DNA of 63,951 nucleotides, filler included, from Octopus bimaculoides (GCF_001194135.2; 6 parts of 6 records of this genome joined end to end with filler, not necessarily neighbours in it), one strand, 5' to 3'. Counted from the first letter of the whole stretch, positions 48,861-62,970 are shown. Notes: a model not told the origin generated them from the sequence alone. Numbers and translations: made by a program.

Positions 48861-50601
48861 AACCCTTCGTGTGTTTTTGCACATGTCTAAGAGGAAAATT
48901 CCACCCCCCCCCGGGATTTTCTCCGCAGCAGAAGGTCTTCCCTCGTCCGACTGCACCCGAAGGTGTTAAATATCTCTTTTTACCCAATGCCAGTGCACCC
49001 ATGTGTTCATGTTTTCTAAGTTGTGGCATATCTTTCCAAGAAAATGTGATTCCTATTTTCAGTATATCGGATGCCTGCGTATCATCCCTTGTTGACTCAA
49101 CTTTTANNNNNNNNNNNNNNNNNNNNNNNNNNNNNNNNNNNNNNNNNNNNNNNNNNNNNNNNNNNNNNNNNNNNNNNNNNNNNNNNNNNNNNNNNNNNNN
49201 NNNNNNNNNNNNNNNNNNNNNNNNNNNNNNNNNNNNNNNNNNNNNNNNNNNNNNNNNNNNNNNNNNNNNNNNNNNNNNNNNNNNNNNNNNNNNNNNNNNN
49301 NNNNNNNNNNNNNNNNNNNNNNNNNNNNNNNNNNNNNNNNNNNNNNNNNNNNNNNNNNNNNNNNNNNNNNNNNNNNNNNNNNNNNNNNNNNNNNNNNNNN
49401 NNNNNNNNNNNNNNNNNNNNNNNNNNNNNNNNNNNNNNNNNNNNNNNNNNNNNNNNNNNNNNNNNNNNNNNNNNNNNNNNNNNNNNNNATATATATCAAG
49501 CAAAATGAGGTAAGAGTTCCCAGTGGCATGTATATAAATAACATAGGCAAATCAAACTATATCAATTACCACACAACAAAATTTCCAGATTTCTAAAAAT
49601 TATCTCTCTCCCCGCCACCCCGGAGGATGTGTTACTATTACCAAATAGCAATTAAGACCAGCTGTACAGGAGAACTGGAGACGACCTCAAGAATTAATAA
49701 TTCTCCAGAATTTAAATGCTGTTAAAGAAAAAAGAACGACAGGTTTATTGTCTAGAAATTAAAAAAAAACATTCATGTACATCTGTTTCTACCTCAACAT
49801 GTGTCATCAACACGACAATTCTCCAATCTAATCTCTAGTTGCCAAGGAACATGAATAGGCTTACAGAAATAACTCACAGTGCCCAGTGGCATGTATATGA
49901 ACAGTATAGACAAATGCAGGTATATCAAATACCATTTATCATTTATTCTTGATTTATTAAAATTATCTTCGCCTCAAGAAGATATATTATCATCACCAAA
50001 TAACAATTTCGACGAGCTTCCCTTGAGAAGGGGAGATATTCTCATCGGAACATCTGTGTACTCCTTACTCATTACTAAATACCTATTTGTAAATAGAAAA
50101 ACATCAAAAAGCTCCTCATGCGCAGTAACCGCTCATTAAATCTAGATCAACAACAATATGCCAAAACAAACCCCTTTCCTGCTGAATTCATATTTTTCAC
50201 AGTCATGAATTTCCTATAAATTGACAAAACTCCCCCAAACGAGATTGAGGCCTGATAATCGGAAGATGAAACTATCAATCATTGTGACCAACTAGTATTT
50301 CTAATACCTGAATAAAATTTTACTCTGTATAAAGTACTGAGTTGTTTGTTTTTTCCTTAGCAGCATGAATGAATAAACGAATTACTACCGTCACCATCAC
50401 CATCACCACCAACACCACCATTGTCGCTGTCATCGTCATCATCATGATCATCATCATCGTCGTCGTCGTCATCATCTTCCTCAAGCAGCAGAAGCAATAG
50501 TCGGAAAGACAGCAACAGCAAACCCTAATACCATAATCATCGTTATCTAACACCCATCATATACACCATTATCACCCCACCACCACCACCACCACCACTA
50601 A

Positions 50602-51442
50602 TAGAAGAGGTGCAAGGGACAAATTATGACCAGCTACAGAGAATGAGCCGAGGATGATTTGGTTCTTCACAGATGAAAAGAAATTTTGCGAACAACAGAA
50701 CAGGTGGCTTGCTTACGATCCATAGGATATTCCACGTATCATGAAAACCATGTTCTCCCAAACTGTGATTCTCTTTGGGCGTGTCACCAATGAAGGTGAC
50801 GTCATGCCGTGTTCACATCTTTGAACAGGGCTCAATCCAGGCAGTTATATGAAGCTGCTGGAGGCTGAGATAATCCGTTGTCGGGAGAGGGTTGTTTGAT
50901 GGGAGGCCGTATGTGTGGTAGCCGGGTTCGGTTCCTTGCAGCCGGTAATATGAAGCAGCTGGAGACTGTGGTTATCCCTTGCCGGGCGAGGGTTGCTTGA
51001 TGGGAGGCCGTATGTGTGGTAGCCGGATTCAGTTCCTTGCAAGACCTCCGAGAAGAGTCACAAGTGGTTGTCGGAGAATTCCTATGAATTCGCTAGCTTC
51101 AGTTTCTGGCTTCCTCATTCATCCGGTTGTAATCCCATAAATTATAATGTGTAGGGTGCAGTTGAGAAAGACACCAACCGTTCTGCTTGCAACACCAAGG
51201 CCTTGCTGGTGGCTAAGATCAAGGAAGTGTTATTTTTGATCAAGTGTTATTCTAAGATCAAGGAAGAGCCATCTTGAGGCTGTGGTGGAAGCTGAGGACG
51301 GCTACTTTGAGTATACTGTTGTCTCCCGGTCATAATCTTGTTGATAGATTTGTTTTAATTTCTAAAATACTTTTATTTTTGGATGGGATATTGTATTTTC
51401 CTTTCCTTTTATAAAAACTGTCGAATTTAGCCGAACACATAG
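50602..51442 (+). mobile_element. maT / DD37D-type (Bmmar1-like) transposon remnant, right part
   Basis: WFFTDEKKF..QNRWLAY..IPRIMKT...EGDVMP, GRPYVW*PDSVPC, 37-residue spacing to the third catalytic position (NPIN, D mutated), GAVEKDTNR; right end followed by TA; 101-bp internal tandem duplication (50847-50947 and 50948-51042). Confidence 0.8.
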
Positions 51443-51479
51443 TATATTAGCAGCAGAAGAAATTCATCCGGCAGTGACG

Positions 51480-51620
51480 GTGAGAATGAACGATGCAAAC
51501 TCCTGCCTTTTTGTCCAACGCCAGTAGCATGTACTCACATCCAAATTTCGCCGCCACTCGACGATTCTCTTCGTTGCTGGACGATTTCGAGAGCTATTGG
51601 TATATTTGCATTTTTAAATG
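51480..51620 (-). mobile_element. Possible pogo-like DNA-binding-domain remnant
   Basis: NEENRRVAAKFGC weakly resembles GNRAAARKFGV; short and frameshifted. Confidence 0.3.
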
Positions 51621-51984
51621 TCCATAAGAGAAGCTACCTCCAGACGAATACCGCTGTTAATTTGACTTTTCGCGATGTGTTTGCATTAAGTGTAATACAC
51701 TTATAAACTATTTCAGTCTAATACTGCACATTGCCCATCACCATCATCATCACCAGATTCACGTATAGGTTCAGCCAATGACTGAACTTATACAGGGTTG
51801 CTCGACCTGTTAGAAATAGATGGTAAAAATCGCTTTCCTTCCAGCCTATGGAATGCTATAGACGTGTTAAAATAAGATGAGGTGGTCATAGCAGGAGATG
51901 CCTTAATCTTAGAGCTGATCTTTCAGAACGTCTTAGGGTTAAACACAATCTCTGTATCACTTGACAGAACGACCATCAACGACA

Positions 51985-52530
51985 TCAATCTCGCCACCAC
52001 TGTCAACAATAATAATACTGCAACCACCACCACCACGTTCACCACCACTACCACCATCACCACCACTACCNNNNNNNNNNNNNNNNNNNNNNNNNNNNNN
52101 NNNNNNNNNNNNNNNNNNNNNNNNNNNNNNNNNNNNNNNNNNNNNNNNNNNNNNNNNNNNNNNNNNNNNNNNNNNNNNNNNNNNNNNNNNNNNNNNNNNN
52201 NNNNNNNNNNNNNNNNNNNNNNNNNNNNNNNNNNNNNNNNNNNNACATCAATCTCGCCACCACTGTCAACAATAATAATACTGCAACCACCACCACCACG
52301 TTCACCACCACTACCACCATCACCACCACTACCACCACCACCACTATCACTTCTACGACAAAACCACCACCACCACCATGGCCATCACCACTATCATCAT
52401 CGCCACCACCACAATAAGCCATCATAAACACTACCATCACTACCACCTTAACCACTAACACTATTGCTTTCACCATCGTCATCGCAATTAGCACCACACT
52501 CACCGCCACGGAAACCAATGCCTCACCGCC
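51985..52530. repeat. (CAC/CAT)n imperfect trinucleotide tract, partly duplicated across a gap
   Basis: Directly visible. Confidence 0.85.
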
Positions 52531-52611
52531 ACAACCGTGACTAACGAATCATTAATGATTAGAGGGCTATGATTGATGAGAGCTGAATGATTAATGTTTG
52601 CTAACGTCAAC

Positions 52612-52644
<33 letters not shown>

Positions 52645-52820
52645 TTGTGTATGTATATATAAGTACATGTATATACACATATATAAATATATATACGTAT
52701 ATATATGTTTGTACATGTATGTAAATATATATATATATATATGTATGTACGTAAACACGCACACACATACACACATACATATATATTTGTATATGCATAT
52801 ACATATATATTCACATATGT

Positions 52821-52858
<38 letters not shown>

Positions 52859-53234
52859 TCCACACACACACACGTATATATGTGTGTGAGTGGGGACTAC
52901 TATAATGATGTGTGCATAGATGGTGGCGGTGTCCATAGATGGTGATAGGCGTAGTGATTGTGTTCGTAGTTGTGGTAGCGATGATATTAGTGGAAACACA
53001 ATATAACAAAATGTTACTAATTGACTGTCAAAACAAATGTTAAGTCATTTACTGGCGAAACTCATATTTCCCGCTAACTATGAACATGGTTATTATTCCG
53101 ATTTAAATATTTAATTTCTACAAATTATTCAACCAATGCTATCTTTTTTTTTTTACATCTGAGAATAACATTTGCTATTAGATATTAGTTTTTCTTGTTA
53201 GCACAGGCAAATATTGATGTATTTTAGAAAGATT

Positions 53235-53718
<484 letters not shown>

Positions 53719-53719
<1 letters not shown>

Positions 53720-53967
53720 TTATGTTTGACTTTTGCTTTGCATTTGTACAAGTTTGATCCAAGTCTCACCCAGAGACCTCAAGAGACAACAAGTTATATT
53801 ATTATTATTATTATTATTTTATGTTTGACTTTTGTTTTGCATTTGTACAAGTTGGATCCAAGTCTCACCCAGAGACCTCAAGAGACAACAAGTTAGAAGT
53901 TCATGTAGGTGTTATGCCTAGGGTACCATATATTTGGATTTGTACAGTTTTGTTCAAGTGAATGTTT
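53719..53967 (-). mobile_element. Two tandem 3'-end copies of a probable RLE LINE 3' UTR within (TAA)n
   Basis: 53719-53795 and 53818-53895 are near identical and each ends on (AAT)n on the minus strand. Assignment to a Dong-like 3' UTR is inferred from context; no coding sequence is present. Confidence 0.55.
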
Positions 53968-53969
53968 AA

Positions 53970-54030
<61 letters not shown>

Positions 54031-54065
54031 GTTATTATTATTATCATTGTTATTATTATTAGTAT

Positions 54066-55062
54066 TATATGAAACCTCACAGCTTATTTTGCTGGGTATG
54101 ATGGAAAGAGTCAGCTGTCCACAGCCAGCAGACTAAGGTGGCACTTGCTTACAGGTCATGCTTCAAGAACTCTGCGAAGAATTCTTGCAGTTCCAAACAA
54201 TGCTGATTTTTGAAGGTGTTCTACCTTTACACTTGCACCAACCTTTTTTTCAGCCACGTTGATAGTTGGGTAATAATACTTTCAAATGCACCAATTACTA
54301 TTGGTATCACGCCTACTCTCTTCGTATTTCTCACTTCAAATCGTTATAGTTATTCACTTTTTTCTCTTCTTTAACGTTGATCCTGTTGTCACCGGGTCAT
54401 GCTATGTCGATTATCATACATGTTCTTTCTTTTTTATTCACCACAACAACATCCGGTTTCCGATGTCCGGTCGGGTGATCGCACTGGATCGTTGTATCCC
54501 ACAGGATTTTACAATTCTAATTTTCGGTGACCCCGTCTGGAGTTTGCTCATACCACGTGTTTGCTCTTTGTAGACCTTGGTTTCCAAAGAGCTCCAAATG
54601 GATCATTCTTGCCACATTGTCATGGTTTCTTTTGTATTCGTGTTGTGACAATTTTCGGGCATTCGCTAACGATGTGCCATACCGTTTCACCCCGCTCACC
54701 ACACATTCTGCATTTATCGCTATCAGTAGTGTTGCCTATTCTGCAATTCATATAGTTAGTCCTTAACGCTTGTTCTTGAGCTGCGCATGACTACTTCTCT
54801 CTCTATCTTCAGGTCACTCCTCCTCATCCATAGCCACCGGTCCTCTGTATCTGTCTTGGCGTTCACATCTCTTGCAAACTAGCCATACATTTTCTTTTCC
54901 TTCCATGTTTTTTTTATTTTGTTAATTTCGTGTTTAAATTGTTCTTTAGTTACATAATTTTGAGTATTGATGACGCCGACCTTCTTCGTCTTTTCCAACA
55001 GTGGCTCCACGGCATTTTTATTTACAACCCTAGGCTGTTTCCCTCTGCTTTGATACAGTCTT

Positions 55063-55067
<5 letters not shown>
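54066..55067 (-). mobile_element. R4/Dong-type RLE LINE, 5'-truncated, flanked by (TAA)n on both sides
   Basis: WKEKKMYG*FARDV, WLWMRRSDLK, LSQHEYKRNHDNVARMIHLELFGNQGLQRANTWYEQTP, PDI endonuclease region, EHLQKSALFGTARILRRVLEA*. Confidence 0.88.
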
Positions 55068-55121
<54 letters not shown>

Positions 55122-55138
55122 CAGCATCATCATCATCA

Positions 55139-55188
<50 letters not shown>

Positions 55189-55700
55189 NNNNNNNNNNNN
55201 NNNNNNNNNNNNNNNNNNNNNNNNNNNNNNNNNNNNNNNNNNNNNNNNNNNNNNNNNNNNNNNNNNNNNNNNNNNNNNNNNNNNNNNNNNNNNNNNNNNN
55301 NNNNNNNNNNNNNNNNNNNNNNNNNNNNNNNNNNNNNNNNNNNNNNNNNNNNNNNNNNNNNNNNNNNNNNNNNNNNNNNNNNNNNNNNNNNNNNNNNNNN
55401 NNNNNNNNNNNNNNNNNNNNNNNNNNNNNNNNNNNNNNNNNNNNNNNNNNNNNNNNNNNNNNNNNNNNNNNNNNNNNNNNNNNNNNNNNNNNNNNNNNNN
55501 NNNNNNNNNNNNNNNNNNNNNNNNNNNNNNNNNNNNNNNNNNNNNNNNNNNNNNNNNNNNNNNNNNNNNNNNNNNNNNNNNNNNNNNNNNNNNNNNNNNN
55601 NNNNNNNNNNNNNNNNNNNNNNNNNNNNNNNNNNNNNNNNNNNNNNNNNNNNNNNNNNNNNNNNNNNNNNNNNNNNNNNNNNNNNNNNNNNNNNNNNNNN

Positions 55701-55960
55701 AGAATTCCTTTCAACACGTAGCTATGATGCTCCCCTACTACTTCTGCTCATGATCAGAGATGCACATATCGTCAGTCACAAAGGGACATGCTCAACTGGT
55801 TAAGGTCAACCAACTGACAAGCCAATCTATGGTATTGAGCAGAATATGTGCTATAGCCCATCTTTTATACCAAGACAAAACAATGTACATGACAACACTT
55901 CCAATCAGTTAACATCAGAAGTCATGAGAACCACTGCCTCGTACTGCATCAGGACAGTCA
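55701..55960 (+). repeat. Dispersed repeat family E
   Basis: GAATTCCT.TCAACAC..GCTATGATGCTCCCC...CATGCTCAACTGGTTAAGGTCAA...GTACTGCATCAGG; inverse of 48650-48850. Confidence 0.8.
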
Positions 55961-55971
55961 TTATTATTATT

Positions 55972-56052
55972 TAGCACGCCGGTTGATGCTTAGCGATACG
56001 TTCTGGGTTCAAGATCCGCCGAGATCGACTTTGCCTTTCATCCTTTCAGAGT
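55972..56052 (+). mobile_element. SINE family A, partial
   Basis: TTAGCACGCCGG...GTTCTGGGTTCAAGATCCGCCGAGATCGACTTTGCCTTTCATCCTTTC. Confidence 0.75.
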
Positions 56053-56399
56053 CGTGTGTGTACGTTTCTTCCTAAATGAAGAAACGCATACAAACGTGGA
56101 ACCCAAAGAAGTCAGTAGAATGTAAGCCTAAAGACTTAACGAACTTTTTCCTTTTTCTTTTGCCTTTTCCTTTTCCTCTCATTTCCCTTTTTCTCCTATT
56201 TATATTCCACTAAATCATTCTGACGATGTTTGTTAAATGGAACGAGATAAATGCAAATTTACTTCGATTTGGTAAACAGAAACAACTGCAAATGGTTCTG
56301 AACTACAATTAAACTATGACCGTTTAATACCATTGTTCAACTTCGCATTGTTAATTATTGGTCCATTTCTTTTCTATGATATATATATATAGATATATA

Positions 56400-56660
56400 A
56401 TACAAATGCATATGCATGTATACATACATATACGTACATACCTACAAATACATATGCATGTATACATACATATACGTACATACCTACATCTACATGTATA
56501 TATACATGCATATCCGGGTACAGAACGTCGAAAAAAGGAACGGAAGCATAAATAAAGTACAAAAAACTTCTTTACGGACAACAGAATGAACACATAGGGA
56601 CACTTATGGAACTTTTCCTTCATCAGATGCCTCTATTCTAAACTAAGCGTTTCGAAGATG
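56400..56660 (-). repeat. Dispersed repeat family G
   Basis: Microsatellite-like body ACATACCTACATCTACATGTATATATA is shared with 47919-47995 and 61552-61710; the end is shared with 47091. Confidence 0.65.
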
Positions 56661-56957
56661 AGGCAATGTATGTATGTATGTATGTACGTACGTACGTATG
56701 TATGTATGTATGTATGTATGTATGTATGTACGTATGTATGTATGTATATATATATANNNNNNNNNNNNNNNNNNNNNNNNNNNNNNNNNNNNNNNNNNNN
56801 NNNNNNNNNNNNNNNNNNNNNNNNNNNNNNNNNNNNNNNNNNNNNNNNNNNNNNNNNNNNNNNNNNNNNNNNNNNNNNNNNNNNNNNNNNNNNNNNNNNN
56901 NNNNNNNNNNNNNNNNNNNNNNNNNNNNNNNNNNNNNNNNNNNNNNNNNNNNNNNNN

Positions 56958-57105
56958 CCGCTTGACAACCGGTATTGTTGTGTTTACGTTTCCGTAATGT
57001 AGCGGTTCGGCAAAAGTGGCAGCTAGATTTATTCGACTAAAATGTCTTGAAGATGGTACTCCAGCATGGCTACAGTCTAATGACTAAAACAAGTAAAAGA
57101 TAAAC
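56958..57105 (+). mobile_element. SINE family C, 3' part
   Basis: CGCTTGACAACCGG..TTG.TGTGTTTACG...GCGGTTCGGCAAAAG...CTCCAGCATGGC...AAACAAGTAAAAGATAAA. Confidence 0.85.
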
Positions 57106-57987
57106 GATACTAAGGAACGCAACATCCACGACACTTTCAGTGCCTCTTTAAATGGTAAAGTTAAAGGCAGAATAACCTACAACTCGCTGGGTTGCCACAG
57201 TAAAAACTTGTGCACCAAGGCACTGGGTCATCCTCGGACAGGTAAAGACACCCATAAAAGCCAAATGGCGGAACTAGGTGATCATTTGCGTCTACCACTC
57301 ATGACCAATAAGAAGTAGACAAGATTCGTCGCCATGTTCAACACTGTACTTAACTTACGCGTGGCTTTAGAGAAACAAATCTGTTGCAAGATGTTAGACA
57401 TGATCTGAAGAACATTTCTTTTCTCCTTCCCAACATACTCAAGAACCATTCAAAAGAATTATAAGCGCTGCCCTTCCCTCGCTGCCTAAAAGACAAAATA
57501 AAAAACAAAATGAAAAAAAATAAACCAAAAAGACTAGGCAGACTAAGGCATGATCAAAGAGAATGCTGTTATATTCTGCTATATAATTTTGAAAATGGCG
57601 TCCGATAAAATCCATACATAATACATCTCAATTAAAAAATGTAGAATAGATGCGAACAAAGTTTGATGAGCAGATGTTGTGACTGTAGAAGCCTACACTA
57701 TGACTAATGCTTGTCTTCGGTCATCGTCGGTCATGTCCGGTTAAATGCAGAGCTTTACAGCGTTCACATCACTGTCAGCATTGGAGAAAAGAATCATACA
57801 AAGGCTGAATAAATAAATATGAAAATGACAGACTGACTGAGGAGGTGATAAGTTTACGTATACGGAGGTGTAATGTATATACATATATACATCTCTCTCT
57901 CCCTCTCCCTCACTCTCTCTCCGTGCACACACAACCATGCATACATATACTCAGGTATGTAAGTGTATGTATATGCATGTATGTATG

Positions 57988-58031
<44 letters not shown>

Positions 58032-58032
58032 A

Positions 58033-58063
<31 letters not shown>

Positions 58064-58306
58064 ATGTATATGTATTTATATATATATATATAAATAATTA
58101 TGTATGAATATATGTGCGCATATGAATATGTGCATTTATGTGTAGGGAGGCGGAAGTGAAGGGACATTATATGCCCCAAATTCCTTCATTAGCATCTGAA
58201 TATTGAAGTATATACACATGTGTGTAGACACACACATGTATATATTTATGCATATTTATATACACATGCATGCATATATGAATGTATATACGTATTTATG
58301 TATGCA

Positions 58307-58342
<36 letters not shown>

Positions 58343-58365
58343 NNNNNNNNNNNNNNNNNNNNNNN

Positions 58366-58416
<51 letters not shown>

Positions 58417-60536
58417 TGTGCGTATGTGTGTGTGTATGTGTGCGTGTATGTATACGTACATACATACATGCATAAATAGTTATATCCTTTCATGATATCA
58501 GGTATCACTCGTAAACTTTAAAATGGATAACGGCGAATAGATTGATATGTTCCTCGTCATATATTTACCGCACCTAATTCTCAGGCTGTCTACACGACTT
58601 ACTTTCTCTCTCACACGCACATAGATACGCATATACACATGTACTTACATACATATATCACTTAAAAAAAAAATTCCTTTGCTTCAATCATCAGTCCGTG
58701 ACCATACACAAACACACACATACACACGTGGACATATATGTTCATTTATTTACATATCTTCCAGTGTAGAAAGTTTTTCTTTATTTTACACATTCATTAT
58801 AAAATATTAAACTACTGTGATTTACATATAATTCCTTCTAAAGGAAATAATGTCATTTTTGATAACAAAAACTGCTCTAAAATTCCACATGCTGCTCTGT
58901 AGGATTGCATTTGTATATTTGTGTACATTTCATCATTTCATCATATATATATATTTAATATGCAGATACACATACATATATGTGTATGTACATGTATGTA
59001 TATATATATATATATATATATNNNNNNNNNNNNNNNNNNNNNNNNNNNNNNNNNNNNNNNNNNNNNNNNNNNNNNNNNNNNNNNNNNNNNNNNNNNNNNN
59101 NNNNNNNNNNNNNNNNNNNNNNNNNNNNNNNNNNNNNNNNNNNNNNNNNNNNNNNNNNNNNNNNNNNNNNNNNNNNNNNNNNNNNNNNNNNNNNNNNNNN
59201 NNNNNNNNNNNNNNNNNNNNNNNNNNNNNNNNNNNNNNNNNNNNNNNNNNNNNNNNNNNNNNNNNNNNNNNNNNNNNNNNNNNNNNNNNNNNNNNNNNNN
59301 NNNNNNNNNNNNNNNNNNNNNNNNNNNNNNNNNNNNNNNNNNNNNNNNNNNNNNNNNNNNNNNNNNNNNNNNNNNNNNNNNNNNNNNNNNNNNNNNNNNN
59401 NNNNNNNNNNNNNNNNNNNNNNNNNNNNNNNNNNNNNNNNNNNNNNNNNNNNNNNNNNNNNNNNNNNNNNNNNNNNNNNNNNNNNNNNNNNNNNNNNNNN
59501 NNNNNNNNNNNNNNNNNNNNNNNNNNNNNNNNNNNNNNNNNNNNNNNNNNNNNNNNNNNNNNNNNNNNNNNNNNNNNNNNNNNNNNNNNNNNNNNNNNNN
59601 NNNNNNNNNNNNNNNNNNNNNNNNNNNNNNNNNNNNNNNNNNNNNNNNNNNNNNNNNNNNNNNNNNNNNNNNNNNNNNNNNNNNNNNNNNNNNNNNNNNN
59701 NNNNNNNNNNNNNNNNNNNNNNNNNNNNNNNNNNNNNNNNNNNNNNNNNNNNNNNNNNNNNNNNNNNNNNNNNNNNNNNNNNNNNNNNNNNNNNNNNNNN
59801 NNNNNNNNNNNNNNNNNNNNNNNNNNNNNNNNNNNNNNNNNNNNNNNNNNNNNNNNNNNNNNNNNNNNNNNNNCATGTGTGTGTGTGTTGTGTCCGTTTG
59901 TGCGTTTGATAGTTTGTGTGTGTGTGTGTGTGTGCGTGGGCGCGTGTGGTCTTTGTATTCAGAGTCTTAATTCGAGGGGTTTTTGGGAGGAATGAGTAAA
60001 GTAAAAGTTGAAATGTGACCCTTCTGAAATACAGAACAATTTCAATAAACAACGGGTCTGTATCTGACCCTGTCACTATCTTTCTTTTACTCTCTTTCCC
60101 TTTGTGTGTTTGTGTGTGCGTGTGTATACTTTTCTCCATGCAATTGCATTATATGACTCTGATTTAAATAGAGATAGAGAAAGAAAGAGAGAGTGAAAGT
60201 GAGAGAGAAGACAAAGAGAGAATGAAGGAAAGAGAGAAAAGAAAAAGAAAGAACGGTCGAGAGAAAGGTGGATGTGTGTTTTAATGTCTACACACGCATG
60301 TAAGTGCANNNNNNNNNNNNNNNNNNNNNNNNNNNNNNNNNNNNNNNNNNNNTTAATTAATTAANNNNNNNNNNNNNNNNNNNNNNNNNNNNNNNNNNNN
60401 NNNNNNNNGGGCCATACTAAGATGACTGTGATTTGACAGTGTTTTGTCTTGTTGGGGACATCTGTACTTCATTGGATTTTAGTGACAAACGCTTGTACAA
60501 CACCTTTGCCACTCTCCAGTAACAAGCAAGAGCAAG

Positions 60537-60787
60537 ATGGCTAGTACTAAGTTGACTGCAGGTTTTATATCAGAGTATCCTCTCCTAGGCTTTTCCTCAA
60601 AAGGAGGCTGCAAGCCAGCAGTGGCAGATCAATTTGAATTCGGAGTTTTATTCTCCTATACTGGTTGTCCTAACCACGACCTCATAAAAAAAAGAGCCCA
60701 GTCTGCTCCCACAGACGTCATGGACCTGGTTTTATGTCGGAGTGTCCTTCTCCTAGAAGAGTTGCCTTCACTTGGCTAATGGCCCAC
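60537..60787 (+). repeat. Probable dispersed repeat with a duplicated internal motif (possibly RTE 5'-region-like)
   Basis: CGGAGT.....TTCTCCTA....GTTG.C occurs twice about 97 bp apart; family assignment is by recollection only. Confidence 0.3.
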
Positions 60788-61455
60788 ATATTAAAAAAAA
60801 AGAAAAAAAAAGACAGAATATAATAAGTACATAGAAAATACATAGAAAAGTTAATATAAAAGATGTAGATATGAAAGGAGAAAAGTAAATGCAATGGAGA
60901 TACATATAGAATATAAAATATATATAAAAACGATGTGTAAAAAACACATAAATACGATGTGTAAAAACACATAAAGATACATAAAAAGTAAATATAAAAA
61001 TATATAAAAAGTAAATATTAAAAATATATATATATATATATAAAGAAATGCATATACAATATACACACACACAGCACAGCACAACAACACGCGCACACAT
61101 AATTTAAACACACGCACAGAAACAAACATTGTTGGGTGGACGTTACTACACAGTAGTTCTTACGTCCTTTCGACGAGTCTTATTTTTCNNNNNNNNNNTA
61201 CACAGTAGTTCTTACGTCCTTTCGACGAGTCTTATTTTTCATCCCGCAGGATGCCAACAATCACCCTCCTCACCAAGCGAGCTTGGGGGGTTGCCAGTTT
61301 AGTCGCCGACGACCCGACCATGAGACTGGTTGTACTGGATTACATGTTACCAGTAGCGTTCAGGAATACTCATAAGCGCGACCTAGTCGGTATACAGCAC
61401 TTACTCGGTATTACCTGTATCCTCTTGGGTTTGGTTAAATCCAATACCCTCCTCA

Positions 61456-61500
<45 letters not shown>

Positions 61501-62560
61501 GCACACATACATACACACACCTAGCCACATATATATATATACATATATATATCAACAATATATGAGTATATGCATATATATGTACATGTATGTATATACG
61601 TTCATCTACATGTACATATAGATATATAACTGGTACATGACGTGGCAAAAGAACAAGGACAAAATGGTAAACAAGGTGCAACAAACAAGTAGGCCACATA
61701 GAAACATCCCCGCACACAGATATATGTGTGTATGTATGGATGTAAGTATGGATGTATGCATATCAACTTTAAACAAAGTACCTTGATTGATATCGGCGTT
61801 AAAGTAACAAATAATATCCAAAAATTTACATAAACGAGATAAATTGAATGTAAAAGAAAAAATGATTGAATAATAAATAGGTAAATACATAAATGAAATC
61901 ACTATAAAAGCGGTCGATATTTGATCTACATGTGCTGGGATTGTTGTTTACCAACAGATTTCAAGTTATCAATGTCTTTTTGTTTTCGTTTTTTAACTTT
62001 TACTTTGTTTTTTCTTTGTTGGCTGTATGGCACTGTTGTTAGTTTTTGTTCTTCTCTTTCTTGCGGAGATTACAACAGGCACGCTAGCTATCTTTAACTA
62101 TTGGCGATAGGAAAATCTAGGAATGCATTGCTAAATTTAATCTACAAAGTGACTAGCGTTTCAATAAGTACAGTTTCTCAGTTCTGATGTGTTCGGCATC
62201 CCTGTCGGCTTCACAATTAAACAGAAAACTAGATATTGAAACAGAGATATAAGGGAATAAAAGAATTTGTCTGTGTGTTTATGTGTGCTAACAAATACAA
62301 ACACACACACACATACACACACACTCACACACACACACACACACATACACACACACATATGTGCATATGCACACGCGTAAGAACATAAATGCAAAACAAG
62401 GTGGAAAAGAAACCGTATTCGACTACCGTGTGTAGAGTAATATGTTTTTTCTTTTATTATTATTAAAGCTGAAGGAACATCACATTTCTGATCACAAATG
62501 CTCGACGAGCGGGAGCGTAAAACTCTGAGTAGTAGCTTTTTGTGATACTCTTGCAGCTTC

Positions 62561-62619
<59 letters not shown>

Positions 62620-62621
<2 letters not shown>

Positions 62622-62810
62622 CCGGGACTTACAAATATATATAACATACAGAAAATTGCACTACTGGGCACTGCACACATCTTACGCAAAACACTTTCAA
62701 TACAATAACCATAAGAGCATCACAGCAAACCACAGCACATACCCAAGGCACAAAGAGCTACGCTCGGTAGTGAAGTGAAAGCACCTTATAAAAATAAAAC
62801 TACTGAACAA
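62620..62810 (+). mobile_element. R4/Dong-type RLE LINE 3' end (family H) between (AAT)n tracts
   Basis: PGLTNIYNIQKIALLGTAHILRKTLSIQ* plus the same 3' UTR as 46345-46619. Confidence 0.85.
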
Positions 62811-62970
62811 TAATAATAATAATAATAATAAAGTATATATATATAATNNNNNNNNNNNNNNNNNNNNNNNNNNNNNNNNNNNNNNNNNNNNTTAATTAAT
62901 TAANNNNNNNNNNNNNNNNNNNNNNNNNNNNNNNNNNNNNNNNNNNNATATATATATATATATATATATA

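Noticed and set aside
51982-52333. 89-bp direct repeat across a gap, and Pro/His/Thr-rich ORFs
   Set aside because: Assembly overlap; the ORFs are (CAC)n translations.
61148-61240. 42-bp direct repeat across a 10-N gap
   Set aside because: Assembly overlap artefact.
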